From: Chiloscyllium plagiosum
Taxonomy: Eukaryota
Assembly (NCBI RefSeq): GCF_004010195.1
Contig: NC_057759.1
Location: 572,264-636,263, forward strand
Reading direction: 5' to 3'
Length of the DNA stretch: 64,000 nucleotides
A model generated the notes under the pieces. It saw nothing but the letters and a program-made list of their open reading frames with translations. It was not told the DNA's origin and did not search any database. Positions 39,450-52,599 of this stretch are shown here, one piece after another. Each line of letters begins with the position of its first letter. The first letter of the stretch is position 1. The position numbers and the translations under genes were made by a program.

Positions 39450-41080
39450 CATAGAGTCATAGAGGTGTACAGCATGAACACCTCCACGCCGACCAGATTT
39501 CCCCTGCCAGCACACGGCGCATATCCCTCCAAACCTTTCTTTTTCATATACCCATCCAAATGCCTTTTAAATTTTGCAGTTGGACCAGCCTCCACTGCTT
39601 TCTCTGGCAGCTAATTCCGTGCACATAACACCCACTGTGTGAAAAAGTTGTCTCTCGTCGGTTTTATATCTTTCCCCTCGCATGCTTAAACTATGCCAAA
39701 TAGTTCTAGACTCCCCAACCCCAGGGAAAAGACTTTGCCTATTTATTATATCCATACACCTCATAATTTTGTAAACCTCGATAAGGTCACCCCTCAGACT
39801 CCAAAGCTCCAGAGAAAACAGGCCCAGCCTGTCCAAAATCTCCCTATAGCTCAAATCCTCCAATCCTGGCAACATCCTTGTAAATCTTTTATGAATACTT
39901 TCAATTTTCACGATATCTTTCCGATCGGAAGCAGACCAGATTTGCATGCAATATTCCAACAGTGGCCTAACCAATGTCCTATACAGCCGCAACATAACCT
40001 CCCAATTCCTGTAATCACTACTCTGAACAATAAAAGAAAGCATGCCAAACGCCTTCTTCACTATCCTATCTACCTGCGACTCCACTTTCAAGAAACCATG
40101 AACCTGCATTCCAAGATCTCTTTGTTGAGCAACACTCCCTCGGACCTTATCATTAAGTGTATAAGTGCTTTCCCAAAATGCAGCTCCTCGCAGTTATCTG
40201 AATTGAACTCCATCTGCCATTCTCAGCCCATTGGCCCATCTGGTCAAGATCCTGTTGTAATCTGAGGTCACCTTCTTCGCTGTCCACTATGCCTCCAAGT
40301 TTCGTGTCATCTTCAAACTTACCAACTGTATCTCTTACGCTCGCATCCAAATCATTTATGTAAATGACAAAAAGTAGACGACCCAGCGCCGATCCTTGTG
40401 GAACCCCACTGGTCCCAGCCCTCCAGTGTCAAAAACAACCCTCCACCACCACCCTCTGTCTTCTACCTTTGAGCCAGTTCTATGTAATCCGTGAGATCTA
40501 ACTTTGTTAACCAGTATACCGTGAGGAACCTTGTCAAATGCCTTACTGAAGGAGCTGAAAAATGTGTTTCTGGAAAAGCGCAGCAGGTCAGGCAGCATCA
40601 AAGGAGCAGGAGAATCGACGTTTCGGGCATAAGCCCTTCTTCTGGAAAGCCTTACTGAAGTCCATATCGATCACATCCACCGCTCTGCCCTCATTCATCC
40701 TCATTGTTACTTCTTCAGAAAAACTCAATCAAGTTTGTGAGACATGATTTCCCGCACACACAGCCACGTTGATTATCTCTAATAAGGTAAAAAACAATGA
40801 CTGCAGATGTTGGAAACCAGATTCTGTATTAGTGGTGCTGGAAAAGCACTGCAGTTTAGGCAGCATCCAAGGAGCATTAAAGTCGACGTTTCGGGCAAAA
40901 GCCCTTCATCAGGAATACAGGCAGAGTGTCTGAAGGGTGGAGAGATAAATGAGAGGAGGGTGGGGGAGGGGAGAAAGTAGCATAGAGTACAATAGGTGAG
41001 TGGGGGAGGGGATGAAGGTGAAAGGTCAGGGAGGAGGGTGGAGCGGATAGGTGGAAAAGAAGCCTAATAAGCCCTTGCCT
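39450..41080 (-). mobile_element. CR1 RT plus 3' end with two short pLTR insertions (40552-40648, 40787-41063)
   Basis: LYRTLVRPLLEYCMQIW, FEDDTKLGG, SKAFDKVPH; TSDs gccttactgaag and ctaataag. Confidence 0.9.
40883..40915 (-). ncRNA. Minimal hammerhead ribozyme motif, intact core
   Basis: UC-CUGAUGA-A-GGGC(UUUU)GCCC-GAAA-CGUC-GA. Confidence 0.7.
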
Positions 41081-41373
41081 TGATATAAGTCTCAGACTGG
41101 GTCATGATCAGTGTTAGGAACAGGTCAGGCATGTTTCATTAATCTGCCAATTGTAACAAGTTTATAACCTAAATAAAGTTACTTAAACAATGATAAAAAG
41201 ATGAATGACCTAAAGTATGGATATTACAAATATGTACAGCAAAATTTCTATTTTCTCTCTATCTCTCTCAACTGAAAAACAAAATATCTGTGGAGTGTTA
41301 ACTTTGAAGAACTTTGGTCAAATATTAGTTGAACGTATGAAAAAAATGAAAAGAAATTATATTTTCCCAAATA

Positions 41374-41554
41374 TTATTTAGCTTGTGAAGTTATTCTGAC
41401 TGCATAAATTGCTGAATCTGGGATTTCTTCCAGGAACATTTGAATTTGCATATGTTCCCTTTGCTTTGGCAGTGGAAAGATTTGATGGTATCCTCATCAG
41501 GAATTTGAGGTGACTCGTAAAGGTGACTAAAGGGTATTCAGATCGCATACATTA
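41374..41554 (-). pseudogene. Receptor copy 2: terminal cytoplasmic exon with ITIM/ITSM-like remnants
   Basis: Strong acceptor tgttttcctcctcccag; taatgtatgcgatctgaat reads xMYA-DLN with one base missing; the DLN frame ends EEIPDSAIYAVRITSQAK* with three internal stops. Confidence 0.55.
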
Positions 41555-41729
41555 CTGGGAGGAGGAAAACATACAGAGAAGAAGCAAAAGGCCTTTCTTT
41601 GTCCGGAAGTTTACATTTTCTCCCTCTAAGTTGAGTCGCACAATCATGTTGTCAGACTCATAATTAGACCATATGAGGTCTCCTTGAACATTTTCCAATC
41701 AATGTGACCGAGTAAAGAACACCCCATTC

Positions 41730-44700
41730 CCGCCCCCCCCCACTTGGATCTATCCTAAATCAATGACCTCGCAATTTAAAACTATATCCCCTCGTGTTTG
41801 CCTTCATCCGCAGACGAAAACATCTCTCACTTTCCACAATATCTAACTCTCCGATTATCATATACGTCTCGATTAAGTCACCTCCCAACCTTCTTCATTC
41901 TAGCAAAAAAGAAATCTCAGTTCGCTCAGCCTTTCCTCGTAAGACCTTACTTCCATACCAGGCAACTTCCTAGTAAATCTCCTCTGAATCCTTTCCAAAC
42001 ATTTCACATCCTTCCTATAACGTGGGGGCAAGAACTGTACACAATCCTCCAGGTGCGACCTTCGCAGTGCCGTGTACAGCTGAAGCATGACCTCGTCATT
42101 CTGAAACTCAATCCCCCTTCCAATAAACTTCAACACACAGTATTCCATTTAAAAACTCTATCAACGAGGGTGGCAACTGTCAGGGAGTTTGCACGTGGGC
42201 ACAGAGATCTCCCTGTTCATCGACACTGCCAAGAATTATACCATTAGCCCAGTACTCCGCATTCTTGCTATATCCTCTGAAGTGAATTACGTCACACTTT
42301 TTCCCATTAAACTCCATTTGCAACTTTTCAAACTAGCTATGCATCTTATCTAATGTCCCTCTGTAACCCACAACAGCCTTTGGCACCATCCACAATTCTG
42401 CCTACCTTAGTGTCATCCGCAAATTTACTAATCTATCCTTCTACTCCCAAAACCAGATCACTCATAAAAATGACAAACAGCAGTGGCCCCAAAATAGATC
42501 CTTGCGACAGACCACTGATGAATTAACTCCAGATGAATATTTCCCATCAATCACCACCATTTGTGTTCTTTCAGCTAGCCAATATCTGATCGAAATCGCT
42601 AAATCACCTTCAATCCCAAAACTCCATATATTGTGCAATAGCCTACTGTATGGAACCTTATCAAACGCCTCTCTGAAGACGACATACAACACATCAAATG
42701 TTTTGCCTTCATCCACCTGTTTTCTTAACTCAACAAGGTTGCTTAGGCATGAACCACCCTTCACAAAACCATATTGATTATACCTACTTACGTGATTCCT
42801 TTTCAAATGATTATAAATCCTATCTCTTATGAGGTTTTCCAACACCTTACCCAGAACCGAAGAAAGGCTCAGGGTTGTCCCGACTCACCTTCTTAAACAA
42901 GGGAATAAGATTGGCTATTCTCCAGTCTTCTGGCACTACTACTGCCGACAATGATGAAATAAAGATCAAAGTCAAAGGCTCTGCAATCTCCTCCTGGCTT
43001 CCGAGGATAAATCCCATCTGGAACCGTGGTGTTATCTATTTTCAGACCTTCCAAAGTTGCGAAAACCTCCTCTTTCTCAAACTCAATCGCATCTAATCTA
43101 ATAGCCTGTATCTCTGTATTCTCACTAACATTGCCCTTTCCCAAAGTGAATATTGACGAAAAGTATCAACGAAGGGCTTCCCCATGTTCTCAGATTCCAC
43201 ACACAATTTCCCAATGCTGTCTTTTATTCACCCTGATCTTACTCTTGTCATTCTTTTATTTCTGATATACAGGTAGAAAGTCTTAGAATTTTCCTTTATC
43301 CTATCCGCCAACAACTTCTCATGTTCTCCCAACCCCGCTCTTCTTTGCACTCTCTTCAGATCTTTCCTGGTTAACTTATCACTCTCAAGCCTCATAACTG
43401 AGCCTTCACCCCATCCTCACATAAGCCTTCTTCTTCCTCTTGACAAGAGCTTCTACTTCTTTCGTAAACCATGGCTCCTTCTCTCGAAAGCTACCTCCCT
43501 GACTGCTAGGTATATACTTATTAAGGGCCCGTAGTTGCTGTTCCTTGAATAAGCTAAGCATTTCAAGTGTGCCCATCCCCAACAGTTTCCTTCCCCGTCT
43601 TACGCATCCTAAATCTTGCCTAATCGCATCATAATTTTCTTTTCCCCAGTTATACCTCTTTCTATAATACCTATCCTAGCCCATTGCTTTTGTAAACATA
43701 ACTGAATTGTGGTCACTATCGCCGAGGTGCTCAGTTACCTCCAAATCTAACACCTGGCCGGGTTTGATCTCCATTGCCCTTTTCTGGCCTATCTACCTCC
43801 TGTGTCAAATACCCCTCCTGCCCAACTTGAATAAAAATTGACCGATCTGAAATACTTGAACTATAGTATTCCCAGTCAATATTGGGGAATGTAAAGACCC
43901 CATTAAATATTATCCTATTAATCTCGCTCCTATCGTGAATCATCTTTGATATCCTTTCCTGTACATCACTGGAAGAACTCAGAAGCCTACAGAAAAATCC
44001 CAACTGGGTGACCTCTCCTTTCCTGTTTCTAAACTCAGCGCAAACTACCTCAGTGGTTGAGTCCTCAAATGTTATCTCAGTTGTTGTAATACTACACTGA
44101 TTTAAAATGCTACAACCTCTCCCCCTTCCTTTACCATCATCTCTGTTCTTTTTAATACATCTCAACCCCAGAATCTGCAAAAAACCACTCCTGTCCCTTC
44201 TATAGCTATGTCTCTCAAATCGCCATAACATCGAAATCCCAGGTAGCAACTCACGCTGCAAGTTCACCCGCCTTATTCTGGATGGTCCTGGTCCACGCAT
44301 TTCAAACACAAATCCTAGTTGTCACTGCCCTATCACGACCTTGTCAACCTATCCTAGACCTCACTACCCTCGACCTCCTGTACACTGGAACTACAATTCA
44401 GTTTCTCACCCCCCCCCCCGATTAATTTTAAACCCCCCCCCACCCCCAACACTATNNNNNNNNNNNNNNNNNNNNNNNNNNNNNNNNNNNNNNNNNNNNN
44501 NNNNNNNNNNNNNNNNNNNNNNNNNNNNNNNNNNNNNNNNNNNNNNNNNNNAAAGCTCTGCTCCTATTCCCCCTGCCCCTCTGAACAACAAGGACAGACT
44601 CTGTTGCAGAGACCTGTGCTCCATTTCTTAACCCTGATACGTCATCACCCCACAGTATCAAAAACGGTACACTTGTTGTTGAGGAGAATCACCACAGGAT

Positions 44701-45400
44701 ATCACTACATTGACTGTTGGTTCCCGTTCTTACCCTGACGGTAATCCATCTACTTTCTTCACCCCACAGTATCAAAAACGGTACACTTGTTGTTGAGGAG
44801 AATCACCACAGGATATCACTACATTGACTGTTGGTTCCCGTTCTTACCCTGACGGTAATCCATCTACTTTCTTCACGTGGCTGTGGACTAACTACCATTC
44901 GGTATCTCCTCTCAGTAAACCCCTCTGCCTCCCGGATGATGCAAAGTTCATCCAATTTCAGTTCCAAGATCCCTAACATTGTACTAGAGGAGCTGGAGTT
45001 GGGTGCATTTCCACAAATGCAGTCAGCAGGGACAGAGGTGACCCTTACCTACCATATTCTATAGGAGGAATGTTCAACTGCCCTAACCATCACTCCCACT
45101 ACTCAAAATTTAAAACAGACGGCTGAAAAAATGAAACGTGAAAGAAAACACTTGTCACCTTACCAACCGATGCATTGAACTTTTTTTCTGTTAGAGGAAA
45201 AGCATGGCTTGGAGACACTACGTGTGCAGTGCTTCGGGTTCAGAAACCATCCTATTATGCAACCTCATGACCTCTCCAACTAGGAACTGAATAACGCCCA
45301 ACTCAAAGGTGACTAGGTGCTCACGTATCCCGATAGGCTCCGCTGCTCCCTGGTGACCTTGTGACCTCTGCGACTGCCTTCAGGAACTGAACTTAAATTA
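41730..45400 (-). mobile_element. Long decayed CR1 (ORF1 remnants, endonuclease, RT) spanning gap 44456-44551
   Basis: AEFRNRKGEVTQLG, EAFDKVPY, LQLYTALRRSHLEDCVQF. Confidence 0.88.
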
Positions 45401-45639
45401 CTTTACCGTACTTCAACTACTTAGTACTTAAAGCACTTAAAGTACTAAGTGTAGCGAAGAGGAGGGGAGATTGCCTATTCGCCGAATTAACGTATCCTTA
45501 GAAAAAAAAACTCTATTACAGACAATCTTCAACGTTACTTTCATTTTTGGCTGTGGGTGTTGTGTGGAAAACTGACACAAACACTAAATATTAACATTAA
45601 CAAATGTCTTCCAGTGTTGACGTTATAGAGACTTATAGT

Positions 45640-45995
45640 CCATAAGGTACATGGATAGGCTAAATACGAAAGGTCTTTTCCCCACAATGGAGGAGTTCAA
45701 CTTTAGAATGCCTAGATTTAAGGTGAGAGGAGAAAGATTTAAAAGGGACCTAAGGTGCAACATTCTCACAAACAGGTGGTACGTGCATGAGGTGAGCCAG
45801 AAAAAGTGACAGAAGTTGATACAATTATAGCATTTAAAAGGCAGTTAGATCAGTATTTGAAAATGAAGGCAATAGAGGCATATGGAGCAAATGCTGGCAA
45901 ATGGTATAAAATTTATTCAGGATACCTTGTCTACATGGACCATTTGGAGTGAAGGGGAAGTTTCTGTGCTGTATATCTCTATTAAACTATGACTG
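45640..45995 (+). mobile_element. CR1 3' end
   Basis: gatttaaggtgagaggagaaagattt...ctgtgctgtatatctctat. Confidence 0.8.
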
Positions 45996-46001
45996 AATAC
46001 T

Positions 46002-46097
46002 TCACTCTAATCTTGTGTAACTCCTTGGAGGAGCAGAATGGTCTCTTCCTGTTTCATTGTAACATCCTGGGTGGCTGTATTGGGTCTGACTATACCT
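46002..46097 (-). pseudogene. Receptor copy 2: second cytoplasmic exon
   Basis: Acceptor gctgttatag; phase-0 reading RYSQTQYSHPGCYNETGRDHSAPPRSYTRLE*; paralogous to 14644-14781; true donor not identified. Confidence 0.45.
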
Positions 46098-46369
46098 CTA
46101 TAACAGCGTCGAGGGATGACGTGAGAGAACATGTGGGGTAAGGGCTGAAGTTGACCATTTGGGCCGTCCAGCCTACTGCTCAATTTAGAAAAATCAAGAG
46201 TGGCCTGTTCGTAGTTTGAAAACCTGGTTCCTGTATATTCCCAATAAATATTGATTCTCCTGTCCATTGAAGATAATTTAGGGTCAGCCTTGAAAATCTT
46301 CAATGGACCAGGTTTCATTGTTCCCTTGGTCAGATGGGCCAGTGGGACAAGGAACGGCAAAGGGAGGTT

Positions 46370-47180
46370 ACTTTAAATAAATATGAGGTGCTGCAAGACA
46401 AATCCGGGCAGGATTTACACACATAATGCTAAGAGTCGGGGGATACCTAACCGAAGAGACATGGAATGCACGTTCATAATTCCTTGAAAGCCAAGTCGCC
46501 TGCAGATAGAATAGTGAAGAAGGCGTTTCGTATGCTTTTCTTTATTGGTAAGTACATTAAATATAAGAGTTGGGAGGTAACTTTGAGGCTGTACCAGACA
46601 TTGGTTCGGCGACCTCTGGAGTTCTGCTCTCAGTTGTGGTCTCCCTGCTACAGGAAGAACGTTGTGAAAGTTAAAGGGGTTTTAAAAAGATGTATATAGA
46701 TGTTGCCGGGCTTACAAGGTTTGAGGTATAGGGAGAGGCAGCATCGGCTGTGGCTGTTTTCCCTGGAACATCGGAGGCTGAGGGGTAACTTTACTGATGT
46801 TGATAAAAAACATGATGTACATGGATAAGGTGTAGAGAAAAGGTCTTTTCTCCAGGGTAGCGCAGTCCAAGACTAGAAGGAAAAAAATTCAAATTTTAAA
46901 CACAGAGAGTGGTGTGTGTCTTGAATTCGTTGCCAGTGGAAGTGGTGGACAGCAGTAGTATACAAAAAGTACTACAACGTCCGAATGTGCATATGAATAG
47001 GGAAGATTTCGAGGGATATGCGCCAAATACTGGAAAATGAGACGAGATTAATTTAGGATTTCTAGTTAGCATGGATCAATAGGGTGGAAGAATGGTTCTG
47101 GTTGGGTTCCTCTTCCGAGGATCGGTGTGGACTTGTTGGGCCAATGGGCCTGGTTCCACCCTGAAGGAAGTCTATGATTC
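46370..47180 (+). mobile_element. CR1 3' end followed by HE1-like SINE tail
   Basis: LRLYQTLVRRPLEFCSQLWSP; ctcttccgaggatcggtgtggacttgttgggcc. Confidence 0.8.
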
Positions 47181-47439
47181 TATTTTATGTAATTGGAATG
47201 GAAATGCTCTTTAATTTGTACACTCTGTGTCAGGAGTACTGCAAAAAGCCAAATCATTTCCACATTGACAAGGGAGCATAGACATTTCTCCACTCTGAGG
47301 GCCTCAGTACGGGGACAATCCTCTCCACTCTAACCTTGTGTGTGGATGAGTGAGCGAGAAAGAGAGAGAGAGAGAGTATATGTGTACGCTTTGCTGGTGC
47401 TATCTGTTTGGATGGTGTTATGAGCTGCTGCTCTCCCAC

Positions 47440-47479
47440 CCGGACTGAATCCCTGTTTATTTGCACTCTCCGCTGTCGC
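47440..47479 (-). pseudogene. Receptor copy 2: short first cytoplasmic exon (40 nt)
   Basis: cttacag|G CGA CAG CGG...GTC CGG|gtggga gives RQRRVQINRDSVR; the homolog at ~17760-17800 has lost both splice sites. Confidence 0.45.
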
Positions 47480-47776
47480 CTGTAAGCGGCGTGGAGCAGG
47501 CGAACAGATAGTTACAAACGAGAAAGTACAACAGGTCTGAAAGCATCTGTGGATAGAAATAACTGCGATTGCTTCGGGTCGAGTGAACCTTCCTCAAAAC
47601 TCATGTCACGGGAATATTTGAACACCACAGAGACTTCTAAACCTGCCCTACACAGATTTACACAGATATACACACACACGAAGGCAGACATATTAAGACA
47701 CTGACACTGATACATACATGAAGAGTCTGTCAGTATTTCTCTTGCTCCATCATAAGCTTGTCAATGTTTCACTCAC

Positions 47777-47896
47777 TGTATGTGAGTATCTCAGTCTCTC
47801 CGTGGGAAACGTATCAGTATTGCATTGCTCAAACCTGTGAGTGTGTCAGTATTTCCGTTTGGACGGTGACAATTCCAGTGTTTGCAGATATAAAAC
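47777..47896 (-). pseudogene. Receptor copy 2: decayed transmembrane-like exon
   Basis: tttccag acceptor and canonical gtgagt donor; GFISANTGIVTVQTEIL then frameshift TLTGLSNAILIRFPRR; hydrophobicity only partial. Confidence 0.4.
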
Positions 47897-48055
47897 CTGG
47901 AAATATTTTATCATGTGTGGAGGAGAGCCGTGGGAAACGTATCAGTATTGCATTGCTCAAACCTGTGAGTGTGTCAGTATTTCCGTTTGGACGGTGACAA
48001 TTCCAGTGTTTGCAGATATAAAACCTGGAAATATTTTATCATGTGTGGAGGAGAG
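47800..48055. repeat. Exact 128-bp tandem duplication
   Basis: 47800-47927 equals 47928-48055 by eye. Confidence 0.9.
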
Positions 48056-48640
48056 GTTAGAACTCTAACAGCGACACACAAAAACAAAATGGACAGACGC
48101 ACCAAGCATACATAGAGGCACACAAACACACACACACACAGATACACAGACACTTGGCTGGTGTGCAGAAGACAGTTATTGTCCTGAGGCTCTCAGATGG
48201 AACATGTTCATGTGGACAAATGTAAATGCTCCCTCTGTCCTGTGGAAATGAATTGTCTTTGTGTAGCATTCCTGGAACACAGTGTGCGAATTAAAGATTA
48301 TTTTCATTGCAAATACATGCAAGCAACTCCAAATGAGCTATTTTGTAATGAAAAGATATTAATTTTATTGCACTTTGTGTCCCTTGCAATGTTTATTGAC
48401 TTGCTCTTACAAGTAATAGTGTGGAACTCCAAAAGTACAGCGAACGTTTTCAGGTATATGACAAATGAAAATCAATTCAGAGCAGTGTAAGCACTTTGAT
48501 AGGAGGAAGATTGAAAGACGACATAAAATGGTATTTACGGTTATAAAGGGATTGCAAACTCAGAGGATCCCGGGTTAATATAAGCAGAGATTATTGAAGA
48601 TTTCGGGACAAATGGGGATATAACAGATTAGTTTCTGTAC

Positions 48641-49048
48641 CTGAGCTGTTTACAGGTAGATGTGTAGGAGGGAGCCACCTTGCTCCCTTCCTGGGAGGTG
48701 GTCGAAATGATGTGTTGTCAGCCCACTCTCCTGCCCACCGAGACCGTACAGATTTCATTTGTACCAGCTTGATACAAAAGGGAGACGACATCAGGGTCAC
48801 AGTTCGAAGTTGTTCCCAGATAATTGGAAATGACAGTGGGCCTACAATGAGAATTGCCCTTCACTGAACAATGCTCTTTATTCTGTTGATGGGACGTGGA
48901 TGTTTCAGAATCTCCATACAAGTCGTCCCGGGTCTCTCCGGCTTGTGCCAGGGTTATCCCCACATGACGGGGTGTGAGCTGTGGGAACGGATATCGGGCA
49001 CTCCACTACTAGGCTTGGCCCTTTCTGTCCTATTACAGGCTGTTTCTC
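48641..49048 (-). pseudogene. Receptor copy 2: Ig V-set-like exon plus stalk, frameshifted
   Basis: ttgtcccattccag acceptor and cag|gtacag donor, 408 nt (multiple of 3); across frames PVIGQKGPSLVVECP, SHPVMW/WHK, G(N/Q)FSL, ICTVSV, then Pro/Ser/Thr-rich end. Confidence 0.5.
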
Positions 49049-49419
49049 CTGGAATGGGACAAAGGGAGTGAGGGAGTGAGAATGGGAGTGGTTGGTCCTA
49101 CTACTCGTGCAGGTGAACGTGGGATGGGAAAATGGTGTGGTGTCTGAAGTCAGTCTGTCCACAGTGTTGTATCCAAGCAGTGTTATTAGGGTGGGGCTAT
49201 AGTAGAGAGAGAGAGAGAGAGGAGTTGCTGCATGCAGAAGTGAAAGTGGTGGAAAATTAGCCTTGTTCTGGGTTAACTGCTATAACAGATATACACTGAG
49301 TGTGACAAGGGAGAATGGTCGTCCTCTGCAATAGTTCATCCAACAGCACATCCATGCCCCTGTCGACAAGTCTTGGTGCTATTTGCCATGCTCGGGTAAA
49401 CTGTGCACGGCAACTCTGA

Positions 49420-50499
49420 GGAGAAAGTGAGGTCAGCAGATGCTGGAGATCAGAGCTGAAAATGTGTTGCTGGAACAGCGCAGCAGGTCAGGCAGCATCC
49501 AGGGAACAGGGGAATCGACGTTTCGGGCATAAGTTCTTCTTCAGGAATGAGGAAAGTGTGTCCAGCAGGCTAAGATAAAAGGTAGGGAGGAGAGACTTGG
49601 GGGAGGGGCGTTGGANNNNNNNNNNNNNNNNNNNNNNNNNNNNNNNNNNNNNNNNNNNNNNNNNNNNNNNNNNNNNNNNNNNNNNNNNNNNNNNNNNNNN
49701 NNNNNNNNNNNNNNNNNNNNNNNNNNNNNNNNNNNNNNNNNNNNNNNNNNNNNNNNNNNNNNNNNNNNNNNNNNNNNNNNNNNNNNNNNNNNNNNNNNNN
49801 NNNNNNNNNNNNNNNNNNNNNNNNNNNNNNNNNNNNNNNNNNNNNNNNNNNNNNNNNNNNNNNNNNNNNNNNNNNNNNNNNNNNNNNNNNNNNNNNNNNN
49901 NNNNNNNNNNNNNNNNNNNNNNNNNNNNNNNNNNNNNNNNNNNNNNNNNNNNNNNNNNNNNNNNNNNNNNNNNNNNNNNNNNNNNNNNNNNNNNNNNNNN
50001 NNNNNNNNNNNNNNNNNNNNNNNNNNNNNNNNNNNNNNNNNNNNNNNNNNNNNNNNNNNNNNNNNNNNNNNNNNNNNNNNNNNNNNNNNNNNNNNNNNNN
50101 NNNNNNNNNNNNNNNNNNNNNNNNNNNNNNNNNNNNNNNNNNNNNNNNNNNNNNNNNNNNNNNNNNNNNNNNNNNNNNNNNNNNNNNNNNNNNNNNNNNN
50201 NNNNNNNNNNNNNNNNNNNNNNNNNNNNNNNNNNNNNNNNNNNNNNNNNNNNNNNNNNNNNNNNNNNNNNNNNNNNNNNNNNNNNNNNNCCCCAGTCTGA
50301 CCTATCACCCTCACCTTGACCTCTTTCCACCTATCGCATTTCCAACGCCCCTCCCCCAAGTCCCTCCTCCCTACCTTTTATCTTAGCCTGTTGGACACAT
50401 TTTCCTCATTCCCGAAGAAGGGCTTATGCCCGAAACGTCGATTCTCCTGTTCCCTGGATGCTGCCTAATCTGCTGCGCTGTTCCAGCAACACATTTTCA
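49420..50499. mobile_element. Penelope-derived element with inverted termini spanning gap 49616-50289
   Basis: Left and right flanks are reverse complements; 15-bp TSD gcacggcaactctga (49405-49419, 50500-50514). Confidence 0.85.
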
Positions 50500-50869
50500 G
50501 CACGGCAACTCTGAACCGAGAAAGCTCAATCGTGTGCCTATTGCCATTTCTAGATAGCACCAGCACCAGGAAGCACAGAATATGCAAAGACATCCGGACA
50601 ACGTTGAGCATCTTCATGATGAGTTGGAGAATCGTATTAGCACTGAATGAGATGGACAGCAAGTAGTGAGTTAGGTTGTTAATGAGGTAAGCTCGATAAG
50701 ATAGCACCACGAAACTAGCACAGTCTCGTGCAGACGATCCTTCTGTCACACTGAATGAAAGTGTCACTGGGATAAATCATTGTTCGATTCAGCCCAAAGA
50801 GTCCAAGACTCTGCTGACACCATTCGCAGTTACAAAGCTGCAGCTGTTTGTCCAGTACTCTTCATCACA

Positions 50870-52195
50870 GAGAAAGAGGTAAACGTGACCTATTCTTTGG
50901 AAATAAGACTGTGCAGTTGACTGAGGTGCCAGTGGCGGAGCATTTTGGTGCAAGAAATCATAATTCTCTTCATTTTAAAATAGAGGTAGAAAAGTTTGAG
51001 TCAGATGTAAAAGGTAAAGTTCTAAACTGGAGGAAGGTCAATTTTGATGATAAAAGACAAGAACTTTCAAAAGTTGATTGATACAAATATTCACAGATAA
51101 GGGGCCAGCTGGGAAGTGGCAAGTCTTCAAAAATTAGATGTCAAGACGCCAGAGACAGTATATTCCTCTTAGCGTGTAGGTATTGTAAAGAATGCTTGAC
51201 GACTAGAGAAATTGAGGTTCTGGTTAGGGAGAAGAGAGAAGCTTTTGGCAGGTATGGGCAGCAGGAATCAATTTTTTTCCTCTATTTATTCGTGTAATGA
51301 AGCGTTGCTAGCTAGGCAGCATTTACTGCCCTGTCGTAATTGCCAAAAGAGCAACTAAGAATAAAGAATTTGCTGTGCGTCTGAAGTCACATGTAGGCCA
51401 GACAAGGTAAGAATGGCAATTTGCCTCGCTAAAGAGTATTAGTAAAACAGATGGGTTTTTCCAACAACCAAAAATGCATTCATGGTCGTCATTAGACTCT
51501 TAATTCCAGATTTAAGGTGAAGAGTCCAAAGGCAGTAGGAGTACACTTAAGAGGGAAACCAGGAGGCCAAAATGAGAACATGTGATAACTTTGGCAAAGT
51601 ATGTTAAGGAAAATCCAAAGGCACGCTACAAATATATTAACGACAAAAAAGTAAGTAGGGAAAAAATAGGACTCCTTTAAGATCAGCAAGGTTGCTGATG
51701 TGCAGAACCACAGGAGCTGGGGGAGGCACTATACTAAAATCAGTATTTACTGTGGAGAAGGATATGCAAGCAAGATAACTTTGGAATTAAATAGTGACAT
51801 CTTGAAAACCATTTGTTTTACAGAGGAGGGGAAGCTGTAGGCCTTAAATGTATAAAGTTGGATAAATCCTCTGGACCTAATCAGATGTACCACAGAACTC
51901 TGTGGGAAGCTATTGAAGTGATTGTTGGGCCCCTCGCTTAGATATTTATAGCATCGTTAGCCACAGGTGAGGTGTCAGATGACAGGAGGTTTGATAACGT
52001 GGTGCCACTAACTTAAAGAATTCAAGAAAGGTGTTACAGAAAAGTCAGTGTATATCGACCAGTGAGCCTGACATCAGTGGTGGACAAGTGGTTAGAGGGG
52101 ATTATTCAGCGCAGCATGTACTTGTAAAGGCAAGGACTGATTAGAGATAGACAGCATGGCTTTGTGCACGGGAAATCGCGTCTCAAAACCTTGAA
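50870..52195 (+). mobile_element. CR1 ORF2 fragment with a SINE-like insert at ~51285-51515 (minus)
   Basis: EHFGARNHNSLHFKI, VLNWRKVNFD; the insert interrupts CR1 continuity. Confidence 0.8.
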
Positions 52196-52272
52196 GTATG
52201 TACATATGTCATACAGCATCCAAGGAGCAGGACAGCAGATGGTTCAGGCGTGAGCCCTTAATCTGGAATGTC

Positions 52273-52300
52273 CTGATGAAAGGCCTGTGCCTGAAACGTC
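52273..52300 (+). ncRNA. Hammerhead ribozyme core in short pLTR repeat (~52214-52375)
   Basis: CUGAUGA-A-AGGC(CUGU)GCCU-GAAA-CGUC; 3' strand of stem I missing. Confidence 0.5.
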
Positions 52301-52599
52301 TCCCTCCAGCTCCTGATTTTGTGTGCTTTTCCAGCGCCATACGTTTCAACTCTGATTCCCCAGCATCGACAAACTGTGCGCTCTAAATACTGTCTCAACA
52401 GTATGAAACACGGCAGTTAAAACCAGGAGCAGCATTATGCAAAGCTAATGAGTAATAAATACCGTTTTATGGTCTCTAGAATGTTCCCCATCAGCTACTT
52501 TATGGAACTGGTCTGCTATTTTATCCCTGTCTCCTTTCATAAACAGTGTTGAACATATACAAACCTGCAGAGTTCTGGCACTACTCCTATATACATCCT

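Noticed and set aside
46002..46097. CD3 gamma/delta (QYSH) or CD4/LAG-3 (FCQS, YTRLE) identity
   Set aside because: No complete ITAM, only one Ig-like exon rather than four, and a further downstream tail exon exists; motifs are too short for assignment
48641..49200. Rearranging Ig/TCR V segment (cacagtg at ~49160)
   Set aside because: No nonamer at 12/23 spacing, the heptamer is on the wrong side of the exon, and the exon ends in a splice donor
49488..50359. Long 229-280 aa ORFs, and similar ones at 44341-44661 and 61155-61761
   Set aside because: Artefacts of translating N gaps
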